Notes: generated by a model from the sequence alone, not told the origin. 64,000 nucleotides of DNA from Hypanus sabinus (GCF_030144855.1 NC_082732.1:23622001-23686000), one strand, 5' to 3'; positions 49,401-63,259 are shown, counted from the first letter of the stretch. A program made the numbers and translations.

Positions 49401-51406
49401 TCTAAAGGTGTTCCCGATAATGAAATGAGGGCAGCCCTAGATGAAAAGGGTGCTCTTACCTCAAAGAAGTCTGCTGGGTTGGCAGATGAGGTTATTTCAG
49501 CCCATGGGGTTGAGTTTACTCCGGAAGGGAGTTGCCCAGAGAGTACCTGGGAGAAACGGGGGAACTTAGAATTTGAAAAGGGTACGGGTATTGAAAGCCT
49601 GGAAGAGGCCAGTGTCCTGTTTGAGTGTGTCCAAGATGGGGATGCACGTGGTACTGAACCTAGTAACGGAGCTCAGAAAAAGTCTGAGGTATTTGCTTCA
49701 GTGGAACAGAGCGGCCGTCCTTGTGGGTCAGATAGACGGTTCAGTGGAAAAAGGGTTAACCTTGGTAACCGTGGGAAGTGAGAGTTCCCAGGTGTTTGTG
49801 CTCGAAGGTGTATTCAAAGTTAATGCAGAATTTAAGAATGGGGAGATAAGAATTATTATTGAAGGAAACAGAAAGTCTGTAGTTCCTAAGACAAATGAAG
49901 AAATTTTAAACCCGGCAGATCGCTTACAGAGTAAGCCGGGAGATAGCGGGGGCCCCCCACACTATTGTTAGGCCAGGATGTGGTGTGAAGAGGCCGAATT
50001 CGGAAACACTACTTGAAGAGTTCAAATTAAAAACCCATAGCCTGAAGGGTCCTGACGAGAGGGCTAGCCACCTGTGTAAAATTAAAGAATTGGGTGGAAA
50101 TGGTCTAAGTTTGGGACACGGTGTTGATAAAATAACCCCTATGAAAAAGGCGGGCGGGAGTTTACCTCGCCAGATTACTCAAGTTCCCCACGTGGGAACT
50201 CACCGGAAAAGAGGCGACGGTTAATGGGGATGCCATTTTAAATAGCAAAGCAGGTTGTACAGGATTTCGCCAAAGCCTGTGAATAATAAAGACAACCCCC
50301 TCGGAAGCCTGCCTGTTAAGTGAAAATGACCGAAACGATTAGTATTCACATAAACTTTTGTAGATGCACATAAGCTAAGATCAAAACTCCTTAGTTTTGT
50401 TGCTGGAAAAAAAAATAGGTGGTTATTAAGTTGAAGTCTGATGCTACAAGACTTTAGTAAGGTACAAGATGTTAAAAAAATTAAAGGAAATGCCACTGTA
50501 ATCATTAACTGTTTGGATGCTGAATTGAATGTATCACTGTATTACTCTGTAGAAAAAAAAACTTTTGTATTGTGTTAGATTCTAAAACCCTGTAAGACTC
50601 TGTTCTACTTCGTTTCACCGCTGGTGAAAACGCTTTGAAGAAAGGGGGTGTTATGAATGTACCACAGCTCTGAGGGGCTGAAGGGTGTGGGGGAGCCCCC
50701 TCCTTTGTGAGAATCGCAAGAGCATTATTGGGTTGTGTCAGAGGACCCAGGAAATGAAAGAGAGAGACCTGGCCATTGTCTCCTGGAGACCACGTTTGTG
50801 GATTGGGGACTATGCTACGTGCAAGCCCTCGGGCAAAGTGGGCTGGTTGAGAGAGAGATTGCATCACCCCAACCTGATTGACATCTACTACCCGGCGAGT
50901 TAAGATAAAAGGGGGGGGGCTGTAGGGACAGCCCCTCAGACGCACCAGAAGAAACGCTAGCGATCCCGTAATAGCGGGAAGCCACGTGCGTTCGGTTCCC
51001 TTGCCTGGGGGGCTGGTGGCTGGTACCACGGAAAACGACTTGGAACTAACAACGGGGAACCAACTCCCCCCGACTCAACAGATTGGCCTCATAAAGACCC
51101 GGGCAAGTTTCAAACCGTCTCTCTCTTAAACCCAAAGAGCTGCAGCTTGAAAGGACAGTGACTTTTATCTTTCCATCGGACAATACAATATCCCCTAGAC
51201 AAACGATAGAGCTATTGCTTAATTGATGATTATTATTGTACCCGCGTTTTTAGATTGAGTACTGACGACGTATTTTATCTGAATGTCTGTATTAATCTTA
51301 TTTTTGTGCCCCTTTATAAATAAAGACTTTTAAAAATAGTAAAATCAGACTTCAACGGGCCTCTCTATCTTTGCTGGTAAGTGACCCAGTTACGGGGTTC
51401 GTAACA
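46427..51406 (+). mobile_element. Two-LTR Gypsy (Gmr1-like) retrotransposon, non-autonomous: gag + protease only
   Basis: LTRs 46427-47185 and 50649-51406 (TGTTA...TAACA, about 14 differences by eye); tRNA-Pro-like PBS TGGGGTTCTCGTCTCGAGATTTGAA at 47191; PPT GAAGAAAGGGGG ending 50648. Confidence 0.93.
47306..49781 (+). pseudogene. Disrupted gag-protease of the Gypsy element
   Basis: Coiled coil, SCAN-like capsid (FEKVA..WP..W..LLQSVL.GKAQ...YELVPEAYRQKFR), CFNCGKSRH knuckle broken by a frameshift, protease IWRDMGAELSLI; frameshift and stop near 47640-47736; no RT/RNase H/integrase motifs. Confidence 0.85.
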
Positions 51407-51599
51407 GGATATAGCCAGATAAAGAATAAGATATCTCACCTTCAACCTACAACCGCCGTGAAACTAGGAATAAGGAATACCAAGGAGCTTTGGTCAGTAC
51501 CAGATCAATATCTGTCAGGAATTTCTATAGGCAAATCTGTCAAAACTCACTTGCTCAGGAGGTATATGGCCCATCCATAGTCGCTATGGAACAAAACAC

Positions 51600-52210
51600 C
51601 CAGATGAGGCTATCAAACCTTGCAGCGTGTAATGGACCAGCTGGGAAAAAGAGCTGAAAATGGCAGATGGAATAATGCAGATAGTTGTGTGGTGTTGCAC
51701 TTTTGAGGGAAAAACCAGGGTAAGACTTGCACAGTGAATGGCAGGGCTCTGAAGTGTGCTGTAGAACAAAGGGACCTGGGAATACAGATCCACTGCTCCA
51801 TGAACATGACAACATAAGTACATTGGCGCAATGTCCTTTATAAATTAGGGCATTGAGGAAGTTATTAGATGTTATGTTGAAGCTATATAAGATGTTAAGG
51901 AGGCTGAATTTGGGGTATCCTGTGCAGTTCTGGTCGCCATGGCTTTCTAGTCACCTCACTATAGGAAAGTACATACTGAAAAAGTGCTGAGAAAATTTTG
52001 AGTATTCTTTGCAGTTCTGCTTACCTTACTACAGAAAACTACAGGTTGAAAAATTGCAGAGAAAATTTATAAAAATGTTGCCTGGACTTGGGGTCCTGAG
52101 TTATTGGGATGTTATTTCATGGAGCGTAGGAGAATGGAGAGAGATCCTATGATGGTATACAAAATATTGAGGAGGATAGATAAGGTAAGTACAGGCAAGC
52201 ATTTTCCCCT
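51600..52210 (+). mobile_element. Degraded CR1 LINE fragment
   Basis: gaaaaatggcagatggaa..., tgtgcagttctggtc, ERRRMERDPMMVYKILRRID. Confidence 0.75.
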
Positions 52211-52211
52211 G

Positions 52212-52970
52212 CAACATACACAAAATGTTGGAGAAGCTCAGCAGGTCAGGCTGCATCTGGGAAATGATGGTTTGGGCCGAGACTCTTTTCGGGACTGAGA
52301 AGGAAGGTGGAAGACAGCAGAATAAACTGTAGCTCCCTCTTGTGCCAAAATGAGACCCCCCCTCTGGATGCATGAGCAACATTTTATATATTCCATCTGG
52401 GTAGCCTCCAACCTAATGGCATGAATATCAATTTCTCCTTTCGGTAAAAAAAAATTCCTGCTCCCTCCCCTCTTCCTCTTTTCACCACTGTGGCCTTTTA
52501 CCTCTTCTCACCTGCCTATCACTTCCCCCGGGTCCTCTCCTTTCCTTTCTCCTATGTTCTACTAAACTCTCCTCTCACCTGGCTATTATTTCCCCTAGGG
52601 TCCTCAACTCCTTCCCTTCCTCCTATGTTCCACTATCCTCCCCTGTCAGATTCTTTCTTCTGCCCTTTACCATCCACCTGGCTTCACCTACTACCTTCCA
52701 GCTAGCCCCCCCCCCCACCCCACAACCTTGCCTGATACTCTGGCATCTTCTCCCTTTCTTCTCAGTCATGAAGAAGGGACTTGGCCCGAAACATCGACTG
52801 TTTATTAATTTCCATAGATGCTGCCTCACCTGCTGAGTTCCTCCAGCATTTTGTGTGAGTTGTAGAAGGTGATAGGTTAAGTCAGGTAGATGGGGGAGAG
52901 GGGATGAAGTAAGAAGCTCGGAGGTGATAGGTAGAAAAGGTAAAGTGCTGGAGAAGAAGGAATCTGATAG
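52212..52970 (+). mobile_element. Penelope-like 3' fragment with inverted pseudo-LTR at its 5' side
   Basis: Minus pLTR unit 52212-52300, GIY-YIG C-terminal remnant (ctgggtagcctccaacctaatggcatgaa), pyrimidine tract, plus pLTR unit 52763-52860. Confidence 0.75.
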
Positions 52971-55078
52971 AAGATTATTACATTATATCCCTTTGAACTG
53001 GTTTGATTCTTTTAATCAGTAGTCTGCAGGAATTTGTCAGAGTATCCTAGGTGGGAACGGAGAGCAGCCCAGTATGCACCAGGGATGTTGGTATAAACCA
53101 GCATCTCACCTCTGGTAGCAAAATCAACATGTTAATAGAATTTAGGTAGACTGTTTTCAAGTTAGCATAGTTGAAGCTGCCAGCAACAATAAAGAATAGG
53201 GAGGTTCGGAGCTGGTGACACTAATGGTCCTGTTTTTTTTATATGCTATAAACAGCCCATGTTCAGTTCTTAGTTTTTTTTCTGTTAGGTTAGTATTGGT
53301 TAGTTTAGTTTTTTGGGGGGTATATTTTTTTCTTTCTTTTTTTTCTGTTTGTATATGTTAATCATTTTTTTTAATGAACTCTACATTTGTATTTGAACAT
53401 TTTTGGGAGGTTTATTACCTTTGTATTAACTGAATATATAATTATATATGTTATCTATTAACAATGTAATCCCAACAATTGTGTAGCAATACTATGTATA
53501 TCCACTATTTTGATATTAATAAAAAGATTGAAAAAGAAAGAAAGCAACAATAAAGAAACTATTAGGGTACGTGACTCGGAGGTCACTGAAGGCACGATGG
53601 GACTCATGCAGTGCTTCCCCAAGGGTCGGGGGGAATGTATACAGCCACAATCACAATGACGGTGAACACCCTTAGTAAATAGAAGGAACACTAATTCATT
53701 AAAACACAAGGACTTTTATGTTACAGAGGGAAATTGACAGTCAACATTTTGAGTCGAGTTCCTTCATCTGGATAGATAAAGGGTCATGATCCAAAACCTA
53801 GACTGTCAATTTCCTAACACAGATGCTGCCAAACCCACTGAATCCCACCAGTATTTTGTGGAGATTCAAGCATATGCAGCCTATTGTGTCTTAATATTTA
53901 TATTATGCTCTGCTACCCAGATAGTGAACAAGGTGAGTGGGTAAATATGCCATATGGTACTGTTATGCTTTGTAACCCCAAAACAATTAATTGAAAGGAA
54001 AACAAGAGTCTGAAATGCAAGTCTAACTTTGTGTTTTCTTTAAGTGACACATGCACATGTCAATTGGTGGGGCCACGATGTATGTAATTAACTTATTTCT
54101 ACATATAACCCATAATAAATTATTTAAACAAACAAGAATGCTTAATCAAACATTATATTTACAATATTACTCAAACATTATGGAAACACATATACACAAC
54201 ACTCTTCCTTGCTTAGACTGCAAGTCAGTGTAGAATGTATCTCAACTATGCACTGTATAATACAACTACTATACAACTACTGTACTATATTATACAACTA
54301 TTATACAGACATTCACAACGTAGTAAATTTTAAATTGTCCCATTCAGGCCTAAAAATTTAATTGCTGTGGAACCTTTCTTACTCTTGTGGGTTAATGACT
54401 TTCCTGACAAGGGAGGTCACACTACATGGCTGGTGAGACCTGTGGCTGTGAAACAATCTCAGGTTCTGGGGCATCCTCTGTAGTGGTTGTTGGAGGTGAC
54501 TCTGGTACTGTGGGAAGTGGTTCTGAAGGCGGTAGCCACCTTTCTTCTCCAAAAATGGACACTCCCTCCTGTGCTCAAGTGATTGATGTGTCGTCTCCAG
54601 ATTGCAATTTCCACTGTGTAAGAGAGTGGTCCAGTTCTGTCCTTAATTTTTTTGAGTACCCACTTTTGATCACCTCTATTGTCCCTCACCAGGACTGCTT
54701 GTCCAGGAGTGAAATATCGAACTTCCTTGTTTGAGGAGCTTTCGATTTGTCTCAGCTCTTTGTTCCCCATACTCCTGAGATTGAATTTGAGGAGATCCAA
54801 GTGCGAACCTAGGGGATGACCCAGGAACAGCATAGCTGGTGAGCTGTTGGTTGTGGAGCATGCTGCTTTGCAATATGCAAGGAGGAATTTGACGAGCTTC
54901 TGATTCAGTGTTAGTGCAGTGTGCTCTACCCACATTGATCACAGTGCATTCTTTAGACGCTGGACAAACCTTTCCGCCAAGCCAATATAGCTGAGTGGAA
55001 TGGTGCAGATGTAATATGTCTTATTCCATTCATATTTAGGAATGACTGAAACTGTCTGCAACAAACTGTGGTCCATTG

Positions 55079-55854
55079 TGTTATGCCTGCAGCCCCCTCC
55101 TTTGTGAGAATCGCAAGATCACTGTTGGGTTGGGTCAGGGGGCCCAGGAAATGAGAGAGAGACGTGCAGAATGTCTCGTTCCCCCGGCGATGTAAAGCTA
55201 CGGGACATAGCCATTGTCTCTGGAAGACGAATTTGTGGATTGAAGATACTGTGCTACGTGGACGCCCTCAGGCAAAGTGGGCTGGTTGAGGGAGGGATTG
55301 CATCACCCCCAACCTGATTGACATCTGCGACCCTGCGAGTCAGGATAAAAGAGGGTCTGTGGGAACAGCCCCTCAGACACACCAGAAGAAACGTTAGTGC
55401 TCCCGTAATCAGGGAAGCCATTTTTTAGGAGGCCACGTGCGTTCAGTTCCATTGCCTGGGACTGGTGGCTTGGAACTTGGAAAACGGCTTTTAGCTAACA
55501 ACGGGGAAACCAACTCCCCCGACTCAACGGATTAGCATCATAAAAGACCTGGGCAAGTTTAAACCGTCTCTCTCTTAAACCCAAAACGCTGCAGCTTGAA
55601 CAAACTAACAGTGACTTTTATATTTCCATCGGACAATACATTAGCCCCTAGACAACGATAGAGCTATTTCTTATTGATTGTTATTATACCCACACTTTTA
55701 GATTTAGTATTGACGACATATATTATCTGTATGTTTGCATTAATCTTACTTTTGTGCCCCTTTTTCAATAAATACTTTTAAAAATAGTACCATCAGACTT
55801 CAACGGGCCTCTCTATCTTTGCTGGTAAGTGACCCATTTACGGGGTTCGTAACA
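55079..55854 (+). mobile_element. Solo LTR (same family as 46427 LTRs) inserted in the integrase region of the old Gypsy
   Basis: TGTTA...TAACA, 4-bp TSD ATTG, extensive similarity to 46427-47185. Confidence 0.92.
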
Positions 55855-57951
55855 ATTGTCACTGACTTAAGTTTTCTGGAACACCAGCCCTTGAGAAAAG
55901 GCTTCCCAACACAACAACAGTGTGCAAAGTTGTAATGGAGACTATTGGGAACACTTCTGACCACTTTGTAGTTGCATCCACTATTCCTAATAAATTTATG
56001 TCCATGAACAGTCCTGCAAAATTCCCTGGGATGGAGAGGCACTGCTCTTGACATCTTCTGCGTGTGTTGACACCCCGAACAGTGCATGGCAAGCACTGCT
56101 GATCTATCCCAGGCCACAAACAAAATTTCAAGCCAACGCCTTAATTTTGACCACGCTTAGATAGCCACCATTTAGCTCCTCCATCACTTTAGCTGTCTGT
56201 TTGGATAGTACAACAACTTTCAAACTTGACATAAGGCAACCTCTGCCAATGGCAAATTTGGTAATGAGGGTAAACCCTCCACATACAAGTAGTGATTAAA
56301 ATGTTTTACATCCTAAACTAAATCCAAGGCCTCTCTGTCAATCAGTGCATAATTTTTCTCAGGAGCAGTAAGGAAACATGATGCAAAGACTACAGGGCGT
56401 TCACTTTCGTCACTCATAACATGTGACATGACTTCACATATGCCATAAAGCAAGGCATCACAGGCAATGATGATGTAGATCATAATGTCCGACTACAGTG
56501 TCTAACATCACCATTTACTTTGCCTTTTGGAAAGCCACCTCAGTCTCTCCGGACTCTGAACTGGGGATTGCCAAACATTATGTGGATTTTCTGGTGTAGT
56601 CTGTTTTGTCATGTGCTTTTGTGATATCATTCTGGAGGAACGTTGTCTCATTTTTTAACTGCATTGCATTTGTGGTTTCTAAATGACAATAAACTGAAAT
56701 TCAATACTTTGTCATTGCCATTTGTTCCGCATCTCCAGTAAAAAGTTCAAGGGGTGGAGCGCAGTAGTCAGGTTTGGCAGGAACCTGTACAGTAATTGAC
56801 AAAACCTAAAAAAGACTGCAACTATGACACATTCTTTGGCCTTGGAGGATCCACCACTTCTTAAATTTTCTCAGCACACTTGTGTAATCCTTCTAGGTCA
56901 ATAGGGTGTCCACAGTAAGTCATGCGTGGTTTGTAGAATTCACGCTTGTCTGAGCCCATAATCTTCTAATCTTTTTAACACTGTCTTGAGATTTTGGAGA
57001 TATTTCCTATCATCCTTACAGGTAACAATGATGTCATCCAGGAACGCCGTGTGCCTGGGCAGCCTTGCAGCACTAGGCCCATTGCTTTCTCCCAGAGAAC
57101 AGGTGAGGATGCTACTCCAAAAATAATCTTATTATCGTGATAAAGCTCTTTGTGAGTGTTTATGGTGTGAAATACCATGGGTACTTCTTCCATCTCCATA
57201 AGTAGATAGGCCTCAGCTAAGCTCACTTATCTGAAACATTTCCCTCTAGAAAGGTTGGCAAAGATAGTCTCTATCTTGGGCAGAGGGTATTGATCTACTT
57301 TATTGGGTTGACGGTGATGTTAAAATCACCACAGATCCTGACAGAGCCATTGCTCTTGGTAATTGGGACTACTGGTTTTGCCCAAGAGCACCACTCAGCT
57401 GTGGAAAGTATTTCTTCAGCCTCCCATGTGATCTAGCTCACTAGCTGCTTTATCACAGATTGTATAAGGAACTGGATGGGCTTTGCAAAACATTGGTGTG
57501 GCAATGGTGTGGTAACACCATTTTATCCTTGATATGTTTGAGCTTTCCTTGAACATTGCTGTGACATCATCCAGTGCCTTTCTTAATTTGATTTCCATTG
57601 TCTTCATTGCAGGGAGTGTGGCATGCAAGTTGTGGATGGATCTCCAAACATGTTGTGGTCGTCTCTGTAAATCACATCCCCACAATGCAGGCCCTCCTGT
57701 TTTTATCACATCAAGCCCAATGTGGCTTGTTGGTTGGGATATTTCACTGTTATGAATGTCATTCCCACATGAATGATATTTTCTCCAGTACAGGTTCTTT
57801 GTTGGATATCTGCAAGGTTCAGTTCAGTATCATTGAAATGCCATTGCCGCTCATAATGTGGAATGACTGAAACAGCCAAGCCAGTATCCAATTCCATTTT
57901 AATTAATTTGTCGTTCACTTCTGTTGTTAACCATGTTGCTTGTTTGTTCAA

Positions 57952-58045
57952 GCAACACACACAAAATGCTGGTGGAACACAGCAGGCCAGGCAGCATCTA
58001 TAAGGAGAAGCACTGTCGACGTTTCGGGCCGAGACCCTTCATCAG
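57952..58045 (-). mobile_element. Young Penelope pseudo-LTR unit with a consensus hammerhead core
   Basis: Minus strand CTGATGA-A-GGGTCTCGGCCC-GAAA-CG-TC-GAC; CpGs retained; near-identical truncated copy at ~61850-61922. Confidence 0.75.
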
Positions 58046-60909
58046 CACCACCTCTGGTCTTCTCCTATCATTTTGCATTTTCCCCTCCCTCTCCTACTTT
58101 CAAATCTCTTACTATCTTTCCTTTCAGTTAGTCTGCATCTGCATCTATTATTCTCGTGTTTGCTTGTTTGTTGTTAGTTTTCACATTATAAATCTTAAGG
58201 TTACGCAGTCTTATGTCACTCTCATCACCATCAGCTTTTTCATCAACAGCATGCAGATTTGAAATTGCAACTTGAATTTTTAGCTTGTACTCTTCCCTGT
58301 GCAGTCTGTTTATTTTGTCTAACTCAATGTCCTTTGTATGTGTCCTACTTTGTTGCATTTTCTGAAAGTTTCAGCCTTAAATCTGCATTGGTTTGGTGAA
58401 TATGAGCCCCTGCCATAGCAGTAACAAAATTTGTTTGGCTAGGCCAGTTTCCGTTTGTTATTGCAATTTGTTCACACTCCTTTTTATTCCTGACTGCAAT
58501 TCACTTGCGTCTCTCTCTGCTGTTTCCTTTGATCCTGCTATTTCAACTGCGTTTTTAAATTTAAGTTAGGAGTCATTTTTGAATACTTTTTTGTAAGATT
58601 CCAGAAACTAAATGATCTCTTACTGTATCATTAATCCCATTACTGAACCGGTGATGCACAGACAATCTCTTCAATTTGGCCATGTACAGGGAAATAGACT
58701 CACTGTCCTTTTGATCTTGCTAATGTAACCTAAAATATTCTGCAATCAACAATGGTTTTGGTTCTAAATCTTCCTGGTTTTACTTTCACAATATCAGTAA
58801 TGCTCATTTTGGTGGTTTGGTTGGAACAGTTACATTTCGAAGCAAACTGTACCCTGTAAATGCAATGCACTCAGCAAAATTGGTACTTGTTTTTCATTGA
58901 GTATTCAGTTCGCTTTAAAATACTGCTCAATCCGTTCAGCATATACAATCAAGTTATCTGTCATGTAATTAAACACATCAATCTTTCCAATGTAGCCAGC
59001 CATTTCTGCTCTTTTTAAAAAAACGATTATTATCACCTGGAACTGTTTATGAACCCATGAATTCTTCCATTTTCTGTCTTGTTAATAAACTTGATTGTGT
59101 CTTCCTTTCCACTGCTTCTTTTAAACTTGAATGTTTCACTGTGCTTCCACAAGTCTCGACTTTTATCTTGCACTGGATCCAGATGGGAATGGGAAGAAAG
59201 AGAGTGAGGCTGACGCTGCGCAACTCTACCTCACCTAATCAAGTGCTAGTCTCGACACCATTTGATGGTGTCGAGGTCTTCATCGATGTCAACGATGGAC
59301 CAACAACAGGTAGTCATCTTGGGTTCGTTTCAAAATCACTTTGTTGTCACTGTTATATTCTGTATCTCCAAAACATAAAATTAATTGAAAGGAAAACAAA
59401 AGAATGTGAAATGCGAGTCTAACTTTGTTTTTACTTTAAGCGAGGTCTGTGCATATCATGTGGTAGCATCATGTTCTATGCAATATTCACTTATTTTTAA
59501 TATAATCTGTAATTATTTAAACAAACAAGAATGCTTAAACAATATATTTATAATATTACTCAAATATACAATGGGTATGGCACGCACATGGTGATGGAGA
59601 GATTGTGTGCTATGGATAATTAGAAGTCTAAACATACCTTTTCAGAAGGAGTCCTGAAATGAATAAGATGAAAATATCCTAGAAATGAAAAACATTTTCA
59701 TTTTAAATATTAATCTCCTCATAAGGACTGAGGTGCTTTTATTACCTAAGTCCTTTTGAGGAAGTTAATCTGAAAATTAAAGACTGGTATGTAACAAATC
59801 AGAACCATATATCCTCTTAAGAAATCTTACATGTAAGGTCTTTAGTGGATGGTGCTGTAACTCACTTTGAGAACTCATTCAGCAGCAAAGTGTCATGCTG
59901 CCTGCAAGACTCCCTTATCTTGGACCAGTTTCACATTCCTTCCTTTGCCATTGGCCAAACCATAATTTTCCTCTTCCCCATTTTTCAGAGGCAGACTCAG
60001 ATTCTTTTTATTGAAACATACGGTGAAGTGCTTTGTTTCCATTAACAGAATCAGAATCTGGCATACATTGCGGCAGCAGGAGAATTAAATTTCATGATAA
60101 ATAAATATAGAGAAAAAACTGAATTACAGTAAGTATATATATGTCTATTTAACATTTAAATTAAAATAAGTACAGGGTAGTGCAAAAAATAGAAATAAAA
60201 ACAGTAGTAAAGTAGTGTTCATGGTTCAATGCCCATTTAGAAATCAAATGACAGAGTGGAAGAAGCTGCTCCTGAATTGTTGAGTGAGTGATTTCAGGCT
60301 CCTGAGGGTAACAATGAGAAGAGGGCATGTTCTGGGTGCTGGGAGTCCTTAAAGATGGATGCTACCTTCCAAAGGCACTGCTCCTTGAAGATGTCTTGGA
60401 TACTAAGAACCCATGATAGAGATGACTAATTTTACAGATTTCTGTAACTTACTTCAGTCTTGTGAAGTAGCAACCCCCCCCCCCCGCCCCCCCCGTAATT
60501 CTTGAGAATTTCTGGCAAATTAAGTATTCCATTTACAACAAGCCAGGGACAGAGCAACATCAGAATCATCATCATTCTGTGCTGTGTATGATGTAGGCAA
60601 TTATGGTCCCATGACAATGGCAATTTTTTCCACAGAAGTGGTTTACCATTTCCTTCTTCTGGGCAGTGTCTTTACAAGGCGGGTGACTCCAGCCATTATC
60701 AATATACTCTTCAGAGATTGTCTGCATGGCAACAGTAATTGCATAACCAGTACTGACGATAGGCACTAGCTGATCATACAACCATTCACTATCTCTTCCC
60801 ATGGCTTCACGTGACCGGGAATGGGGGACAAAGGATGTTAAGCATGTGCTGAACCTTGCCCAAGGGTGGCCGGCAGGCTAGTGGAGGAAAGGATGCCTTA
60901 CACATCCTG

Positions 60910-61770
60910 TGAGGAGGATGCCAAGAGGATGCAGGGTGACTTTGATAGGTTAGGTGATTGGGCAAATTCATGGCAGATGCAATTTAATGTGGATAAATGT
61001 GAGGTTATCCACTTCGGTTGCAAGAACAGGAAAACAGATTATTATCTGAATGGTGGCCGATTAGGAAAAGGGGAGGTGCAACGAGATCTGGGTGTCATTG
61101 TACACCAGTCATTGAAAGTGGGCATGCAGGTAAAGCAGGCAGTTAAAAAGACAAATGGTATGTTGGCATTCATAGCAAGAGGATTCGAGTACAAAAGCAG
61201 GGAGGTTCTACTGCAGTTGCACAAGGCCTTGGTGAGACCACAGCTGGAGTATTGTGTGCAGTTTTGGTCCCCTAATCTGAGGAAAGATATTCTTGCCATA
61301 GAGGGAGTACAAAGAAGGTTCACCAGATTGATTTCTGGGATGGCAGGACTTTCATATGAAGAAAGACTGGATTGACTAGGCTTATACTCGCTGGAATTTA
61401 GAAGATTGTGGGGGGATCTTATTGAAACATATAAAATTCTAAAGGGATTGGACAGGCTAGATGCAGGAAGATTGTTTCCGATGTTGGGGGGAGTCCAGAA
61501 CGAGGGGTCACAGTTTAAGGATAACAGGGACTGAGATGAGGAAAAACTTCTTCACACAGAGTGGTGAATCTGTGGAATTCTCTGCCACAGGAAACAGTTG
61601 AGGCCAGTTCATTGGCTATATTTAAGAAGGAGTTAGATATGGCCCTTGTGGCTAAAGGGATCAGGGAGTATGCAGAGAAAGCAGGTACAGGGTTCTGAGT
61701 TGGATGATCAGCCATCATGGCGGTGCAGGCTCAAAGGGCTGAATGGCCTACTCCTGCACCTATTTTCTAT
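60910..61770 (+). mobile_element. Young 5'-truncated CR1 LINE
   Basis: MQGDFDRLGDWANSWQMQFNVDKCEVIHFG...LVRPQLEYCVQFWSP...; 3' tail ggctgaatggcctactcctgcacctattttctatg. Confidence 0.92.
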
Positions 61771-62344
61771 GCATCTCCACCCTGCCAGCAGAACATCAGA
61801 ATAGAGCTTACATGAGGAAATCTGCAGATGCTGGAAATTCAAACAACACCACCCACAAAATGCTGGTGGAACACAGCAGGCCAGGCAGCATCTATAGGAG
61901 AAGCACTGTCGACGTTTTGGGTCCACCAGCATTTTGAGAATAGAGCTTAAGAAGGTTTGGCATCCATGCAAGAGGCAGTTTGATGTAGTGCTTATGCAGT
62001 AGGGAAGGCAGATTGCTAGTGCTAACTGAAGATTGGACAGAACTCATTTGGGGGAAGGGTATTTTAGTAAAAAGAGGAAGGATGATAGTTATTTCTAAAG
62101 TAGTTGTTGCAGAAGTAGTAATGCTATGGTTAACCCGTGATCAATAGTCATTTTTAAAAACTTTAATTTTAATGCAGACGTGTTAATGTTTAAGAGAATA
62201 AGACATAGACACAAGAGTAGCATTCTTAGGTCTTATGAATGCAATGACTAAGTATGAATAAAATCTGAGATTCTCCAGGGGAAATACACACTCATACCTA
62301 CTAATTGTAAGCTTTAATATACCTATTCATACTAATATGAACAG

Positions 62345-62902
62345 ATCAGAATCAGACTATAATCGCCAAGTACCTGTGCACATACAAGGAATTTACTTCC
62401 GGCAGATATTGTCTCTCTGCTCACAACAATAATAATGATAAATATAAATGAAAATATAGATTAAACATACAAGTAGTGCAATCCAAGTAATAGTTAGCCG
62501 ACAGTTAACTGTTCAGCAAAGTGACCGCAGTAGGGAAAAAACTTCTCCAGTGCCTAGTAGTCTTAGTCTGGAGGGATCTGAAGCACCTACCAGACAGAAG
62601 CAGTTCAAACAGTCCGTGCGCACCTACTAGGATGGAAGGAGTCCTTTATGATGTTCCCCGCCCTCTTCTTCAACCTGGAAGAGTACAGGTCCACAATAGA
62701 GGGCAGGGAGGCTCCAATGATGCGCTCGGCAGTCCTCACTGTGCACTGTAGTCTGGTTCTATCCTGCTTGGTAGCGGCTCCAAACCACACAGTGATAGAG
62801 GTGCACAGGACAGACTCAATGACTGCAGTGTAGAACTGCAGCAGCAATTCCTGAGGCAGACCATATTTCCTCAAGAGCCGCAGGAAGTACATCCGCTGCT
62901 GA
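62345..62902 (-). mobile_element. Rex-Babar/L2-like LINE 3' fragment
   Basis: MYFLRLLRKYGLPQELLLQFYTAVIESVLCTSITVWFG; (TCTGAT)n-type tail at the left end. Confidence 0.8.
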
Positions 62903-63259
62903 GCTGATGTTCGGCTCCCACTTCAGATCCTTCCCCCTTCAATATACAGGGTATTTAAAAGGAATCTTTTGTGTATATTAACAACTATCTACAAACCTCT
63001 TGTTATACTTGATAAAGAGATTATACTAGCACATTGTTGAATGTTAACTTTTGATGGCAAATTGGTCACATTAAAATTGAGTCTAGCAGAATAAAGAAGT
63101 CAGCGGCTCAGGCGGCGAATAAACAGGCATTTCAGGCCTGATCTTGGCCCAAAATGAACCCGCTGAGTTCCTCCCGCATCTTGTCCTGTTGCAGGTTCCC
63201 AGCATCTGCTCGCCAATCTGCTTTCCCTAGGCCGCATCTACCCTTCTCCCCGCGAAACA

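Larger units (their letters stand above)
53961..59570 (-). mobile_element. Old full-length Gypsy LTR retrotransposon (gag-PR-RT-RH-IN), decayed, with nested insertions
   Basis: Diverged ~230-bp LTRs at 53961-54201 and 59351-59570; PPT next to 54201; gag start MAGYIGKIDVF...ERIEQYFKAN (~59003), IKMELDTG protease, TINTHK..FGVASSP RT, KFLLAY...SPAMLFLG integrase. Confidence 0.85.

Noticed and set aside
8998-63160. Recurrent ~35-40-bp repeat as a CRISPR array or tRNA genes
   Set aside because: Copies are dispersed in both orientations in a vertebrate genome and embedded in Penelope-type repeats; no spacer periodicity and no cloverleaf.
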